DNA of 64,000 bases, taken from IMG/VR virus record IMGVR_UViG_3300020190_000008; one strand, 5' to 3'. Source of the stretch: a virus. The notes below the pieces were generated by a model. That model worked only from the letters and a program-made list of their open reading frames with translations, was not told where the DNA came from and ran no database searches. The position numbers and the translations under genes were made by a program. How positions within the stretch are numbered: position 1 is the first letter of the stretch; each line of letters begins with the position of its first letter. Positions 39,841 to 50,355 of this stretch are shown here, in pieces.

Positions 39841-40308
39841 TTAAACTTTTTCGGTTTTTACTTTTAAAGGTTTAGTATTTCCATTTTTTGTGAAATAAAA
39901 TTTGAAATACTCATTGCCAAGAAATACATCTGAATAAATTTCTTTTGTTAGATTTTTAAGATATTTTTTTAATTTCGTTGATTTAAAGTCTATTTCTTGA
40001 TTTAAAAATAAAGTTATTTCTAAATTCATAAAAGATTTTTTCTTTATCTGTAAACCACTTGTTCTAAGGTCTAAATCTACAATAAATTTTACATCAAAAA
40101 TTTCTTTACTTATGTGATTATGAACGGAATGTTTAACACTTCTATTCATATTGAGAACAACCCTATTCCAGTTTTCGGATTCTTTTTTTGGCTCCACCCA
40201 AGTTTGGATGTTTAAATAAAGTGATTTAAAATTTTTGGAATCTACAGTTCCATAAGTTACTTTGGATGTACGAAATCCATTAATTTTTGAGGTTTTTCCC
40301 TTTTTCAT
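39841..40308 (-). CDS. Hypothetical protein
   Basis: 155-aa ORF. Confidence 0.7.
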   Translation of the reverse strand: MKKGKTSKINGFRTSKVTYGTVDSKNFKSLYLNIQTWVEPKKESENWNRVVLNMNRSVKHSVHNHISKEIFDVKFIVDLDLRTSGLQIKKKSFMNLEITLFLNQEIDFKSTKLKKYLKNLTKEIYSDVFLGNEYFKFYFTKNGNTKPLKVKTEKV

Positions 40309-40390
40309 AAAAATTTTTCATAGTCTCGATGTTTATTTTATTTAAATTTACATAATTTTGTAATATATATCAAATAAAATAAAATCATAT

Positions 40391-40576
40391 ATGTTAATAA
40401 TACAAGTAAAAAAAAACGACATCGAAAAAGCACTTAAAGAATTAAAAGGTAAGGTTATAAAAACCAGACAAAATTCCAATCTTAATTATAGAAAAGAATT
40501 TACAAAAAAATCAGTAGAAAGAAGACAAGTTCTACAAAAAGCAATTCACCGACAAAAATTTATGAACCAGAATTAA
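40391..40576 (+). CDS. rpsU: Ribosomal protein bS21, phage-encoded
   Basis: MLIIQVK..IEKALK..K.K.......L..RKEFTKKSVERR...QKA matches Bacteroidota bS21; on the opposite strand within the head module. Confidence 0.85.
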   Translation: MLIIQVKKNDIEKALKELKGKVIKTRQNSNLNYRKEFTKKSVERRQVLQKAIHRQKFMNQN

Positions 40577-41289
40577 AGACTTCTATTTAATTCTTGTAAT
40601 TTAAAAAAGGAAATTCTATCAAAATTTTCTTTTTCGACCTTGTTTATAGTTTCATAAATTGTCTTAACAACTTCTGAATCTGTTTCAGAAGTTTTCATAG
40701 TTTCTAACTTATCAATAACATCTTCTTTTAGAAGTTCATATTTAAGTTTCAATTTATTTTCATCTTCAGATAAAATTTTATTTAAAATTTTTTTACTTTC
40801 TTCGTTTAACGAATTAATAAATTTATCAACAGTTTTATTTGCAACATTTACTAATTTATTTACAGGTACATTACCAATAACTTCAAAATCTTCTGAAGTT
40901 TTCTTTAAATTTTCTAAAATAACCTTTTTACTTTTAATTTTGTTTTCTAATGTTAAAACACTACTTGAAAACAGATTATCAATATCTTCGTAATTATTTT
41001 TTGTTTTGATATGCCCAACCCAAAGATTAATTTCTTCTAGATTTTTTTTAGGAATTTTATTAATTGTATTTTCATATAATATTGTTGATTGGTTTATTAA
41101 TTCAGAAGCTGTAGATTCAGTTAACCCCTTACTACTTGATAATTCATCATACAAGTAATAAAGTTTACTAATATTTTTATTTTCCAATACCAATTCTTTG
41201 AATACAAATAATGTATTTTTAAAAGAATTTCTTTTGTATGACTCTGTAAGTAATTTTTCTATCTTACTTTTTATTAAACCAAATTTCAT
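40573..41289 (-). CDS. Hypothetical head-module protein
   Basis: 238-aa ORF next to the portal gene. Confidence 0.7.
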   Translation of the reverse strand: MKFGLIKSKIEKLLTESYKRNSFKNTLFVFKELVLENKNISKLYYLYDELSSSKGLTESTASELINQSTILYENTINKIPKKNLEEINLWVGHIKTKNNYEDIDNLFSSSVLTLENKIKSKKVILENLKKTSEDFEVIGNVPVNKLVNVANKTVDKFINSLNEESKKILNKILSEDENKLKLKYELLKEDVIDKLETMKTSETDSEVVKTIYETINKVEKENFDRISFFKLQELNRSL

Positions 41290-41312
41290 AATTATTTTTA
41301 ATTATAAATATA

Positions 41313-43094
41313 TCAATCTTTAAGTATTTTTAATAATTCGTTTTCAATATCACCAAGTGAACTATTTTTTATTATAAAATCATCATCATTAGATTCTAGT
41401 AATAAATTTTCTAATTTTTCTCTGTTTTCAGGTAACCCTTCAAGACCTCCTGCTGGTGGTGGCGGCGGTCCTCCTCCTGCTGGTGGTGGTCCTCCTCCCG
41501 GTGGTGGTGCAGCACCTGCTTCTCCACCTTCAGTTGTTCCACTTATTGTTTTATATAATCTATCAATGTTATCAAATAATCCAGTATGTGTTATAATTGT
41601 TGCAGTATTTGCAAGTTCTGCGGCAACAGCCCTTTCCATTCTTTGTCTTTGAGTATCAAGTTTGATATCTTCATCAGAAAATCCAAAAATATGTTTTTTA
41701 GCCCAAGTAGCTGATGTTGGTGCTAATGTATTTGGAATTTCTGTAACCATATCTTTGTATAGTGTTACCTTTTCTTTCCACACATCAACCATCAAAAGAT
41801 CCGCTTGTTTTGATGGATTATTTAAACCTAATGTAAAATTTTGTAATTCATCTTCAAACCCCAAAAGAAATAAATGTATAATTGCAATTTTGTTTAATTC
41901 TGATAAAATATTTTTTTGTATTCTATTAATTGTTCTTGCAAAACGAATATCAAGTAGTGATAAATTTTTTCCATCACCAACCGGTTCTTCAAAACCAAGG
42001 TAAGCTTTTGGTATTCTTAAAGCTGTAACAAGTTTCTTTTGGATATATTCAATATCAGCAATTTCTGAAAGGTTTGTACCACCAGGTAGAGTTTCAATTG
42101 GCATTGTTTGTGTAGCATCTCTAACCGGAATAAAATAATCCTGATCTACTGCCATTTGATTAAATCTTAAATCTACATTACCGGTTTTATTATCAACAAC
42201 CTGATCTCTTTTAAATTTATTTGCAACACGTTGTACGTAAGGTTCTACATCCTTATCATCCATATTCCCAACAAATACCTTGAACACCCTTCTTTCTGGT
42301 GCTCTTGATGTTCTATATATCAACATTGCATCTTCGGCCAAAACTAACTGTTTCCAGATTCTCCTTGCTTTTTCTAACATCGAAGTACCGTAGGGTAATT
42401 TTCTATCATCACCAAGTAATCTGAAATGTGCCACTTCAAAAGTGTTAAATTCCATATTTTTTTCTTTCCAATTAAATCTCAAACCTCTTTCATTAACTTT
42501 TACTTCGGTGTTTGGTGATTTAGGTGTCATACCTCGTTCGAATCTTTCAATTTCAATATTAGGTAGTTGAACACCACCAATAATTCCTTTTTCAGGGTCT
42601 AATTTTAAATAAACAAAGTTATCACCATATTTACAAGTGTTTCTAATCCACATTTGTAAGTTTGTATTAATATCTAAAGTATTGTTAAATAAATCCGCAA
42701 GTATTCCTTTTATTCTTTTTGATTCGGAATATATTTGTAAGATATAACCGTCTTCATTTGGGGTTGTTGATTCTTCAGCATATATATCTAAAGCCGTTGA
42801 AATTTCTGGTGTAAATTCCATAGATTCGTAATCATAAAACGCGGCAAGTCTTGTTGGTTCGTAATATATTGCTTGGGTATATAAATTACTTTCTATTTTT
42901 TGCCATTGGTTTGATAAATATAAAGTTTGTTGTGCTTGAAGTTTTTCTTTTTCAAATTCGGATTTATCCCTAGTTTTAAGTAATTCTTGTTTACTAAACT
43001 TGTGTGTTGGGATATCTTGACCCAATAAAGAATTTGGTCCAAATGCTTTATTAAGTCTTTGCCAAACTGTAAGTTGATTTGTATTTTGTTCCAT
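41313..43094 (-). CDS. gp20: Portal protein (T4 gp20-like)
   Basis: EDAMLIYRTSRAPERRVF, DYFIPVR, IETLPGG, ALRIPK; Gly/Pro-rich tail. Confidence 0.93.
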   Translation of the reverse strand: MEQNTNQLTVWQRLNKAFGPNSLLGQDIPTHKFSKQELLKTRDKSEFEKEKLQAQQTLYLSNQWQKIESNLYTQAIYYEPTRLAAFYDYESMEFTPEISTALDIYAEESTTPNEDGYILQIYSESKRIKGILADLFNNTLDINTNLQMWIRNTCKYGDNFVYLKLDPEKGIIGGVQLPNIEIERFERGMTPKSPNTEVKVNERGLRFNWKEKNMEFNTFEVAHFRLLGDDRKLPYGTSMLEKARRIWKQLVLAEDAMLIYRTSRAPERRVFKVFVGNMDDKDVEPYVQRVANKFKRDQVVDNKTGNVDLRFNQMAVDQDYFIPVRDATQTMPIETLPGGTNLSEIADIEYIQKKLVTALRIPKAYLGFEEPVGDGKNLSLLDIRFARTINRIQKNILSELNKIAIIHLFLLGFEDELQNFTLGLNNPSKQADLLMVDVWKEKVTLYKDMVTEIPNTLAPTSATWAKKHIFGFSDEDIKLDTQRQRMERAVAAELANTATIITHTGLFDNIDRLYKTISGTTEGGEAGAAPPPGGGPPPAGGGPPPPPAGGLEGLPENREKLENLLLESNDDDFIIKNSSLGDIENELLKILKD

Positions 43095-43134
43095 AATAGA
43101 AATTTAATTTATAATTGTCAAATATAAATATTCA

Positions 43135-43428
43135 TTAGTATATAATGTTTTCACCACTTTCTGTTAAGATTGCTTTTTGTAATTCCGTCAAAATATAGAA
43201 AGTTTCAACAATTGGTGTCGGACTTGGTGTAGGTGGTGTCGGACTTGGTGTAGGTGGTGTTGGATTTGGTTTAGGTGGTGGTAATTCTCTGAAAGTATCT
43301 TTTGGCGTTCCTCTTTTATATTTAAAAGATGGTGGAAAATTTTTAACTGAATATATAGGCTGATCTGGTACTATTAAATTAGAACCACCAAATATTCTTC
43401 CTGAAGTTTTTCTTCTATCTAATCCCAT
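43135..43428 (-). CDS. Small Pro/Thr-repeat protein
   Basis: PNPTPPTPSPTPPTPSPTP; C-terminal ILTE..ILTESGE. Confidence 0.65.
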   Translation of the reverse strand: MGLDRRKTSGRIFGGSNLIVPDQPIYSVKNFPPSFKYKRGTPKDTFRELPPPKPNPTPPTPSPTPPTPSPTPIVETFYILTELQKAILTESGENIIY

Positions 43429-43436
43429 TTTTATAA

Positions 43437-45209
43437 TTATTTTCTACCACCAAATAACCACCCGTATTTAATATAATCTTCTTTTGCCGGTCCAGAATTC
43501 ATTTTCATTCTTTCATTTAACATATGTCCATTTGGAATTACTGGGTCAAAATGAATTTGTTTTCCTACTGAATCGTTATTTGAAACAGTCCAAGATTCAA
43601 TCATTACTTTAGTTTTTTCAACGACTTTTTCCAACTTTGAAAATGAAGATTCCCCAACATAAATTGCCATAGAAATTGCCATTATAAGGTCATCGTGTTG
43701 TCCTTTTTGGTGGTCAGGTCTTCCATTAACATAAACAAAAGTATTCATTTCGTTGTATAATCTTGTACTTTTAATTTTAAATTTATGTCTGACATATTCT
43801 TCAAATGCCGCAATTATTTGTACACGTTTGTTATTAAAATTTATTCCTGGTATTTTATCTTGTGCTTTTGGATTATATGACCAAATGTTTGTTGAATCGA
43901 CACCATCAATATATAAATTACGATAACCAAGTTCTTGCATTTTTCTTACTGTCGTAATACCCATACCACCGGTAATATCGACAACACAAAATGCGTTATA
44001 CATAATACCCCATTTATAAGCAATTTCGGCTAAAGCGTCTGGTGGAATTTTTCCAACATATTCAAATACTTGTTCTCGCTCATCAAAATCAATAATTTGA
44101 ATCGATGAAAAATCTTCACTATCACCACGAGATACGTCAACACCCATAATGTATTTATGTCCTTGTTCTGGTTCTTTCCACATCCAAAGCGAATTTCCCA
44201 TTAATTTAGATGGTGCGTCTTGTATTGTACTTGTTTTTATATAATCTAATTCTTTAGCATCAAATACGTTATCTCCAGACCCCAGAAATTCACAGTTAAG
44301 CTCTTGGTTAATTTTTCGTTTATCGTATTTTAACTTTTTAACCATTTTTTCATACCAAGGAGAACAGGGTTTATATCCTTGATTAAAATATTCTTTTATT
44401 TTATCATAATCCCTTTCATAAGGGTCAGTATCAGTAAATGAAATATTTTTAGAATGGTCTTTTTCATCTTTATTTAATAGATAATCAACCATATCATCAG
44501 TTGGTACCAGATATAAATCTTTTGAGTATCTAGGGTCTTTCCACCAAAACATTTCAGAAATTTTAAAGTTGTTAACACCTTTAACCGCCTGATTATATAC
44601 ATCATAATAAATTGGGTCATAACCGTTTGGTGTTGATACAACAATTACTTTACCACCGGTAGAAAGTGATGCCATACAAGCTGCCCAAAAATCACCATCA
44701 GCTTCGATAAACGCGGCCTCATCAAATACAAGTACCGTAGGTGTATAACCCCTCAAGGCATCTCGTGATGTTGCAACTGCTTTTACTTCACAACCATTTG
44801 TTAGTTTGTAATGTCTTTGTGAATTTTTATCTGCAGAAAAAGAAGCGCCAACCCATTTAGGCCATTGGTCAACAAATGCTCTAATTTTATTTGCCATTTC
44901 CATTGACGTATCAAGTTTGTTTGCAATAATCAATATTTTTTCTGGACGTTCTTTTTTTGCAAACACAAGTTTTTTTGATATCCAAGCGGCAGTCACTGTT
45001 GACACACCAGCCTGACGATACTTTAATGCAATATTTTCTTCGTGTTCTTCATAGTCCTTCAGTAATGAAACCTGATCTGGAAATAATTCCAAAGGTACAA
45101 ATTGTGAAACCGTATTATCGTATGTCTGTAAGTATGTTCTTAATGCGTATGGTGTATCTTTCATACATTTTACATACTCTAGCATTATTTGTTCTTTTGA
45201 TAGACTCAT
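43437..45209 (-). CDS. gp17: Terminase large subunit (T4 gp17-like)
   Basis: KYRQAGVST (Walker A), VFDEAAF (Walker B), STPNG, GVDVSRG, HDDLIMA. Confidence 0.95.
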   Translation of the reverse strand: MSLSKEQIMLEYVKCMKDTPYALRTYLQTYDNTVSQFVPLELFPDQVSLLKDYEEHEENIALKYRQAGVSTVTAAWISKKLVFAKKERPEKILIIANKLDTSMEMANKIRAFVDQWPKWVGASFSADKNSQRHYKLTNGCEVKAVATSRDALRGYTPTVLVFDEAAFIEADGDFWAACMASLSTGGKVIVVSTPNGYDPIYYDVYNQAVKGVNNFKISEMFWWKDPRYSKDLYLVPTDDMVDYLLNKDEKDHSKNISFTDTDPYERDYDKIKEYFNQGYKPCSPWYEKMVKKLKYDKRKINQELNCEFLGSGDNVFDAKELDYIKTSTIQDAPSKLMGNSLWMWKEPEQGHKYIMGVDVSRGDSEDFSSIQIIDFDEREQVFEYVGKIPPDALAEIAYKWGIMYNAFCVVDITGGMGITTVRKMQELGYRNLYIDGVDSTNIWSYNPKAQDKIPGINFNNKRVQIIAAFEEYVRHKFKIKSTRLYNEMNTFVYVNGRPDHQKGQHDDLIMAISMAIYVGESSFSKLEKVVEKTKVMIESWTVSNNDSVGKQIHFDPVIPNGHMLNERMKMNSGPAKEDYIKYGWLFGGRK

Positions 45210-45232
45210 AAAGATATTTTAATATAAATATC

Positions 45233-45266
45233 AAAACCCCCAGTTATTTTCATAAAAGGGGGTTTT
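45233..45266 (-). terminator. Probable terminator
   Basis: aaaaccccc...gggggtttt. Confidence 0.55.
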
Positions 45267-45288
45267 GTAGGACAATATATTATTTAAT

Positions 45289-46665
45289 TTATAAACCTAG
45301 TCTTGTTAAGATATCATCATCTTCTTCATCGTCATCGTAGTCATCATCATCGTCATCACCTTCTTTATATTTTTTATAGTTAGCTTTTGCTTGTTGTAAT
45401 AATTCGTTGAATTTTTTCTTAGCTTTTTCATTATCAGATGGACTATCTGAAATAACATTTGCAATTACATTTTTTAAAAATTCTTCAGCTGGAATACTAT
45501 ATAACAATTGTTCAAAGAAAGGAATATATTTTTTACCTTCATTATCCAATGTTAATTCATCTGGAAGTAAGGTTCTTAATTTTCTTACAAGCTCACCACC
45601 AACACGGAAATTCATTGGTTCGTTTTGCATTGTATCTGTTTGACCAATAACTTGTGTTGCGATTTCTGGGTCCATATCTTTCCATTGTGCTCTTGACTGA
45701 ATCATTGAAAATGATTTGAATAGTTCGTGAAGTAAAATTGGAAATATTAAGCCATTAGCATAATATGTATCATTTCCATCTCCTTCTTCACCACCTTCAT
45801 CTTCGTCTTCATCGTCATCATTACTTTCTTGTTTTTTACCTGCAGCACCGGCGGCATTACCACCAAGAGCTTCAATCAAATCTTCATCTGTAAAATACAT
45901 AAGGTCATTAGCACCCATAATTTTATTATAAAGTGCGTATAGTCCTGGATCAATCGCGTCTAATCTATCCTTATACATTTGGTAAGCAAATTGACCACGT
46001 TTTCCTTTACCCATTATAATAGCATTGATAACATTTCTTTTTTCAATTTCCAATTGTTTTTGTTCTTCTGGTGTTAGTTCGTCGATATCAAAAGAAAAAT
46101 TTGGAGGTAATGGAAGTTTTTGTTCTTTTTGTGGTTTCATTTTAAAAATACTTGGGTCGATTGCTTGTTCCCCTAAAAATGTTAACATATTAACAAAATC
46201 AAATTCATAAACAACACCACCATCTTTTCTTTTTTTAATTACCAAACCTTTTTCAATTGCTTGTTCCATATTATCAGAATAAGGTAACCAACCTTCTTCT
46301 TTAGCCGCAATTTCAACCGCCAAATCTCTAAGTTGTTCTCTATATCTTGGTTCAAGTTGCATAGCTTGTCTAACTGCTTGCATCTGTGCCATTTGTATTG
46401 ACATTTTAACTTGTGGGTTTGTAATATTTTGTTCTGTACCAAAATATCTTTTTACATAGTCGACAATTTCTTTAAATCTTTTACCAGCAATTTTTTCAAC
46501 ATCAGAAGCACCACCCCTAAAAGCTCTATTCTTTGCGTAGATACCTTCTGGGTCCTCAATTCTTTGTTGTGTTCTAGGGTGCATTCTTTCAGGATAATCA
46601 CCATAATCAATTGGTGCTTCCTTAATTATTTTTCTTACAAGTCTTTCTAATTCTCTATTTCCCAT
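45289..46665 (-). CDS. Hypothetical protein (candidate head cargo)
   Basis: 458 aa; N-terminal ELERLVRKIIKEA motif; contains LLHELFK. Confidence 0.7.
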   Translation of the reverse strand: MGNRELERLVRKIIKEAPIDYGDYPERMHPRTQQRIEDPEGIYAKNRAFRGGASDVEKIAGKRFKEIVDYVKRYFGTEQNITNPQVKMSIQMAQMQAVRQAMQLEPRYREQLRDLAVEIAAKEEGWLPYSDNMEQAIEKGLVIKKRKDGGVVYEFDFVNMLTFLGEQAIDPSIFKMKPQKEQKLPLPPNFSFDIDELTPEEQKQLEIEKRNVINAIIMGKGKRGQFAYQMYKDRLDAIDPGLYALYNKIMGANDLMYFTDEDLIEALGGNAAGAAGKKQESNDDDEDEDEGGEEGDGNDTYYANGLIFPILLHELFKSFSMIQSRAQWKDMDPEIATQVIGQTDTMQNEPMNFRVGGELVRKLRTLLPDELTLDNEGKKYIPFFEQLLYSIPAEEFLKNVIANVISDSPSDNEKAKKKFNELLQQAKANYKKYKEGDDDDDDYDDDEEDDDILTRLGL

Positions 46666-46668
46666 TTT

Positions 46669-47595
46669 TTAGTTTCTTAAAATTGAAGTTATTGCTACCA
46701 TAAAATCATTTTTTTGTTCTTCTGCTTTTGGTTGTTCTTCAACACTAGGATTTGGGTCCTTAAATGGATTTCCCTTTCTTCTTGTCGGTGTTTTAGTTTT
46801 TTCCCTTTCTTTAGTTCTTTCTTTTTCTTTTGTATTTGCTTTTGGTTGTTCTTCAACACCAGGATTCGGATCCTTGAATGGATTTCCTTTTCTTCTTGTT
46901 GGTGTTTTAGTTCCAGGTTTTGTTTTAGTTCGTTCTTTTTCTTTTGTATTTTCTATCATCTCTTTTTCTTGAAACATAGTATTTTTCTTTGGGTTGTTCA
47001 ACATAAACTTTTCTGACTTATCAACTTTTTCTTGAATTGTTTTTAACAATTCTCCTTTTGTCATACTAGGTTCAATATGTTTTTCAATCATATTGAATAT
47101 TTGTTCTTCCAAATACTTTTCATAATTTTCATCGGTATTTTTTCTTGTTTTTCTTTTAACAGTTTTTTCTGGATGTTTTTTTTCTGGCATATCTTTGTAT
47201 TGTTTTTTTGACGTACTATCTGAAAATTCTCTAGCCATTTCACACCATTTTTTCTTTTTAACACCCTTACTTGTATTACACTTGGCCCAAAAGAATCCTT
47301 GTTGTGCTTTTGATTCAAATTTTTCACCTATTTCACGAGTAACAGTAAGACTTCCATCTGGATTTGGGGTTACTTCACCATCTTTAACATTTAAACCTTC
47401 CTTATTTTGTTTCATTTGATTAACCGTTGAAGAATCAACATTTTGGATTTCAAGGGTTTTTCGTGTTGTTTGGATAGCTTCTTTAGTTTCAAATTTTTCA
47501 GCAAGAATTCTTATTTGATTTGGTTTCATTCTTGAAACCGTGGTAAAATGAATACCATTTTCCAAAAGAATTTCAATGTATTTTTTAGTTTTCAT
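46669..47595 (-). CDS. Hypothetical basic protein with a 38-aa tandem duplication
   Basis: Start likely MKTKK at 47595. Confidence 0.7.
   Translation of the reverse strand: MKTKKYIEILLENGIHFTTVSRMKPNQIRILAEKFETKEAIQTTRKTLEIQNVDSSTVNQMKQNKEGLNVKDGEVTPNPDGSLTVTREIGEKFESKAQQGFFWAKCNTSKGVKKKKWCEMAREFSDSTSKKQYKDMPEKKHPEKTVKRKTRKNTDENYEKYLEEQIFNMIEKHIEPSMTKGELLKTIQEKVDKSEKFMLNNPKKNTMFQEKEMIENTKEKERTKTKPGTKTPTRRKGNPFKDPNPGVEEQPKANTKEKERTKEREKTKTPTRRKGNPFKDPNPSVEEQPKAEEQKNDFMVAITSILRN
46724..46951. repeat. 114-nt imperfect tandem duplication
   Basis: NTKEKERTK....TKTPTRRKGNPFKDPNP.VEEQPKA x2, differing mostly at synonymous sites. Confidence 0.9.
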
Positions 47596-47992
47596 AAACA
47601 ACTTTTTTTTCAAATTGCAACACGAGGTCTCTCTCGTATAATTTATCTTTTACATCCTGTTCTTGGTCCCCATATTTAAAAACCAATCTTTTAATCAACG
47701 AAAAATCAATTTCATCTTCTTTTTCCCAACCAAGGGCAATAACACCATCAATTGAATCTTGAACAGAAAAAACATCAGAATTTTGTACCAATTCCAATGT
47801 AATTTCATTGTGTGTTAACGACCCAACTTTTTTTACGTGTTCAACATCCGGAGGACTTGGATAACCGTTTGCAGGTCTTGCTTCCCAATTTTCACCCCAA
47901 ACATCTTCCAAAGAATCACCAAAAATAAATTCATAAATGTTTTCACCCCTATAATTAGGACCCAAACCATTTATGTATAATAAGTAACTCAT
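47585..47992 (-). CDS. Hypothetical protein
   Basis: 135 aa, coupled to its neighbours. Confidence 0.7.
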   Translation of the reverse strand: MSYLLYINGLGPNYRGENIYEFIFGDSLEDVWGENWEARPANGYPSPPDVEHVKKVGSLTHNEITLELVQNSDVFSVQDSIDGVIALGWEKEDEIDFSLIKRLVFKYGDQEQDVKDKLYERDLVLQFEKKVVYEN

Positions 47993-49524
47993 ATTTCCAT
48001 TCCGTTTGTTGTAATTTTTGTATTGACAACACCTTCTTTAAATACCAAACTTCCCTTATTAGTTTTTCCAATAAGAACTGAAACTGGATTTTTTTCCATA
48101 TATTTTAATGCCATTCTTTCTTGTTTAATATTTTCAGAAAGATTTTTAACATTACTGTAATTTGTTTCTTTGATTTTTTCGTATTTTTCTATTTTTTGTA
48201 TTTTTTTCTTTTCTTCAGAAATAATTTCTTTTTTCTGTGTTGTAAAATATTGTGAAATAATTTTATCAACTTTTGATTCGCCAAATGTTCCGTGTGAAAA
48301 ATGGTTATATGTGTGTCTTGGTTGTCTAGCACCATGTCTTCCATATTCTTCAAGTTCACCTGTAACCGGCATTTCTTTCATTTTATCAAACATTCTACCA
48401 GCGTATTGTTTTGATACACTGTTTTTAATTGCATCAGATAAACTTGCAATTTCACCAATTTCACGATATTCTGTTGTTTCACCACCAATAGGAGGTGGTG
48501 GTGGTAATGTCTCTTCTTCTTCATCAGATGTTGGTTCTGGTATTTCTTCGTCACTCATTTCTTCATCTTCTAAGTCTTCATCTTCTTCATCACCTTCTTC
48601 GTCTAAATCACCTTCTAATCTCGATATAATTTCTTCAAGATCGTCATCATCTAACAAATCAACATCAAGTGCTGATAAAATTGAATTAATAATGTATTTA
48701 ACATCATTTGGATCCATATCATCTTCACTATTAAATTTTCTAATTCTTTGTGCTAATTTGCCGGTAAGTTTTTGTATTACTTTAAATGTAGTTCCACCTT
48801 CTTTCTTTGATTTACCTTCATCTTCCATATCATCTTCTGGTGGCGGAGGCAATTCTTCTTCATCACCCATATCATCTTCTGGTGGTGGAGGTAGTCCTTC
48901 ATCACTTCCTTCCGTACCCATATCTGGTGGTGGAGGTAGTCCTTCATCACTTCCAGTTGCACCCATATCTGGTGGTGGAGGTAAAGCCCCTTCACCTTCT
49001 ACAGTCCCTGTTTCTGGTGGCGCCATACCCGCACCCCCCATATTATCCATAGGTGGTGCTGCCGGCATTGGTGCCGAAGCTGCTACTGGTTCTGGTGGAG
49101 GTAATGCTCCTACATCTCCAGTTGGTTCAGCTTTTTTTTTACCAGGAAGTTTTAGTTTGAACTTTTTTTTTTGCTCGGTAAATAAAGACATACCTTCTTC
49201 ATTTCCGTACATTTGATTAAAGTCTTTAGCCATAAGGTTTAACTTTTTCAATGCCTGTGAATACGAAGAAAAATACTTTCTATTTTGAATTGGTTCGATG
49301 TAATCAGAATTAATATCATCATAGCTTTCCTTGATTATATATCCTAATCTTTCTCTTACAATTGTATAAGTTTTTCCGTCTGCAAGTTCTGCAGTATATT
49401 CTGTTTTTTTATCTTCATTTACTGGTTGTGGAATTGATTCATTATATCTGGCAATTTCCATAATTCTACGGATTTTATCCATTCCTTCCAATTTTTCACT
49501 TCCGATAGGTCTTAATCCTCCCAT
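47989..49524 (-). CDS. Acidic Pro-rich hypothetical protein (LPPPP repeats)
   Basis: 511 aa; EGLPPPP(D/E) repeats at about 48830-48985. Confidence 0.75.
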   Translation of the reverse strand: MGGLRPIGSEKLEGMDKIRRIMEIARYNESIPQPVNEDKKTEYTAELADGKTYTIVRERLGYIIKESYDDINSDYIEPIQNRKYFSSYSQALKKLNLMAKDFNQMYGNEEGMSLFTEQKKKFKLKLPGKKKAEPTGDVGALPPPEPVAASAPMPAAPPMDNMGGAGMAPPETGTVEGEGALPPPPDMGATGSDEGLPPPPDMGTEGSDEGLPPPPEDDMGDEEELPPPPEDDMEDEGKSKKEGGTTFKVIQKLTGKLAQRIRKFNSEDDMDPNDVKYIINSILSALDVDLLDDDDLEEIISRLEGDLDEEGDEEDEDLEDEEMSDEEIPEPTSDEEEETLPPPPPIGGETTEYREIGEIASLSDAIKNSVSKQYAGRMFDKMKEMPVTGELEEYGRHGARQPRHTYNHFSHGTFGESKVDKIISQYFTTQKKEIISEEKKKIQKIEKYEKIKETNYSNVKNLSENIKQERMALKYMEKNPVSVLIGKTNKGSLVFKEGVVNTKITTNGMEI

Positions 49525-49598
49525 AGTATATTTTTTTGAATTAATTATTTTTCTTAATAAATATATCGATTATTAAGATTATTTTATTTTTTAATAAA

Positions 49599-50330
49599 TT
49601 ATTGGTTCATAGATAATTTCTTATCTATCAATTCAGTTGTAGAATCGTGTAATTTTTCAATATATCCGTTTCTTCTTAATATTTTAAAGACAAGGTTTTC
49701 TGTTGAATATTCACCGTCTTTTTCTAACCCACAAGTTCTATATTTTTTTAATTTATCTTTATATTTTTGAACAGTTTCTTTTGCTGTTGTTGCGTCATCA
49801 TCTTCTATCGTATCTAAAAGATTGTCAATGATATTCATCCATTGTTTTGCCTTTTCTTTAATTAGTTCTTTATCTATTGTAACATCTTCTTTTTTTGGAA
49901 CATTTGCCCATTCATCAAATAATATTGAATAAACACCACTTGAAAAGTGTGATTCTGTTTCGTTCTGAACATACAATTCAACTTCATACCCCTTTATTGT
50001 TATATCGTGTTTTTGATTAAATAACATTTTTTTCAAAGTGAAAAGTTTTTCGTATAATTCAATTTGATTTTCTTTATACTGTTGGAAATTCGCAACAATA
50101 TGTAAGTCAAAGTCTGAATATTTAGACCAATTATAATTAGAAAGTGAACCGGTAAGTATTATATCGGTAACAACAATTTCGACATCCAAAAAGTCAATAA
50201 ATTCGTAAGCAATTTCTAACAACCTTTCCCTTATTTCAGGTTTTAATTTAGGTTCTTTTTTATCGCCTACCCAAACTTTTGGATTTAATGCTTTTTGGGG
50301 TTCAAAACTTTTTAATAATTCGGTATCCAT
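49599..50330 (-). CDS. Pol-beta-superfamily nucleotidyltransferase
   Basis: LTGSLSNYNWSKYSDFDLH (GS...DxD) and VELYVQ. Confidence 0.8.
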   Translation of the reverse strand: MDTELLKSFEPQKALNPKVWVGDKKEPKLKPEIRERLLEIAYEFIDFLDVEIVVTDIILTGSLSNYNWSKYSDFDLHIVANFQQYKENQIELYEKLFTLKKMLFNQKHDITIKGYEVELYVQNETESHFSSGVYSILFDEWANVPKKEDVTIDKELIKEKAKQWMNIIDNLLDTIEDDDATTAKETVQKYKDKLKKYRTCGLEKDGEYSTENLVFKILRRNGYIEKLHDSTTELIDKKLSMNQ

Positions 50331-50355
50331 TAAATATAAATATTAAGAAAATGAA

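Noticed and set aside
46724-48985. Repeats as a possible CRISPR array
   Set aside because: They are in-frame coding repeats with synonymous variation and no unique spacers; no cas genes in the window.
48170-49216. 348-aa plus-strand ORF, and similar ones at 32880..33530, 37338..37934, 6477..6941 and 52682..53086
   Set aside because: Ser/Phe-rich antisense shadows of Glu/Asp/Lys-rich genes; no motifs or expression signals.
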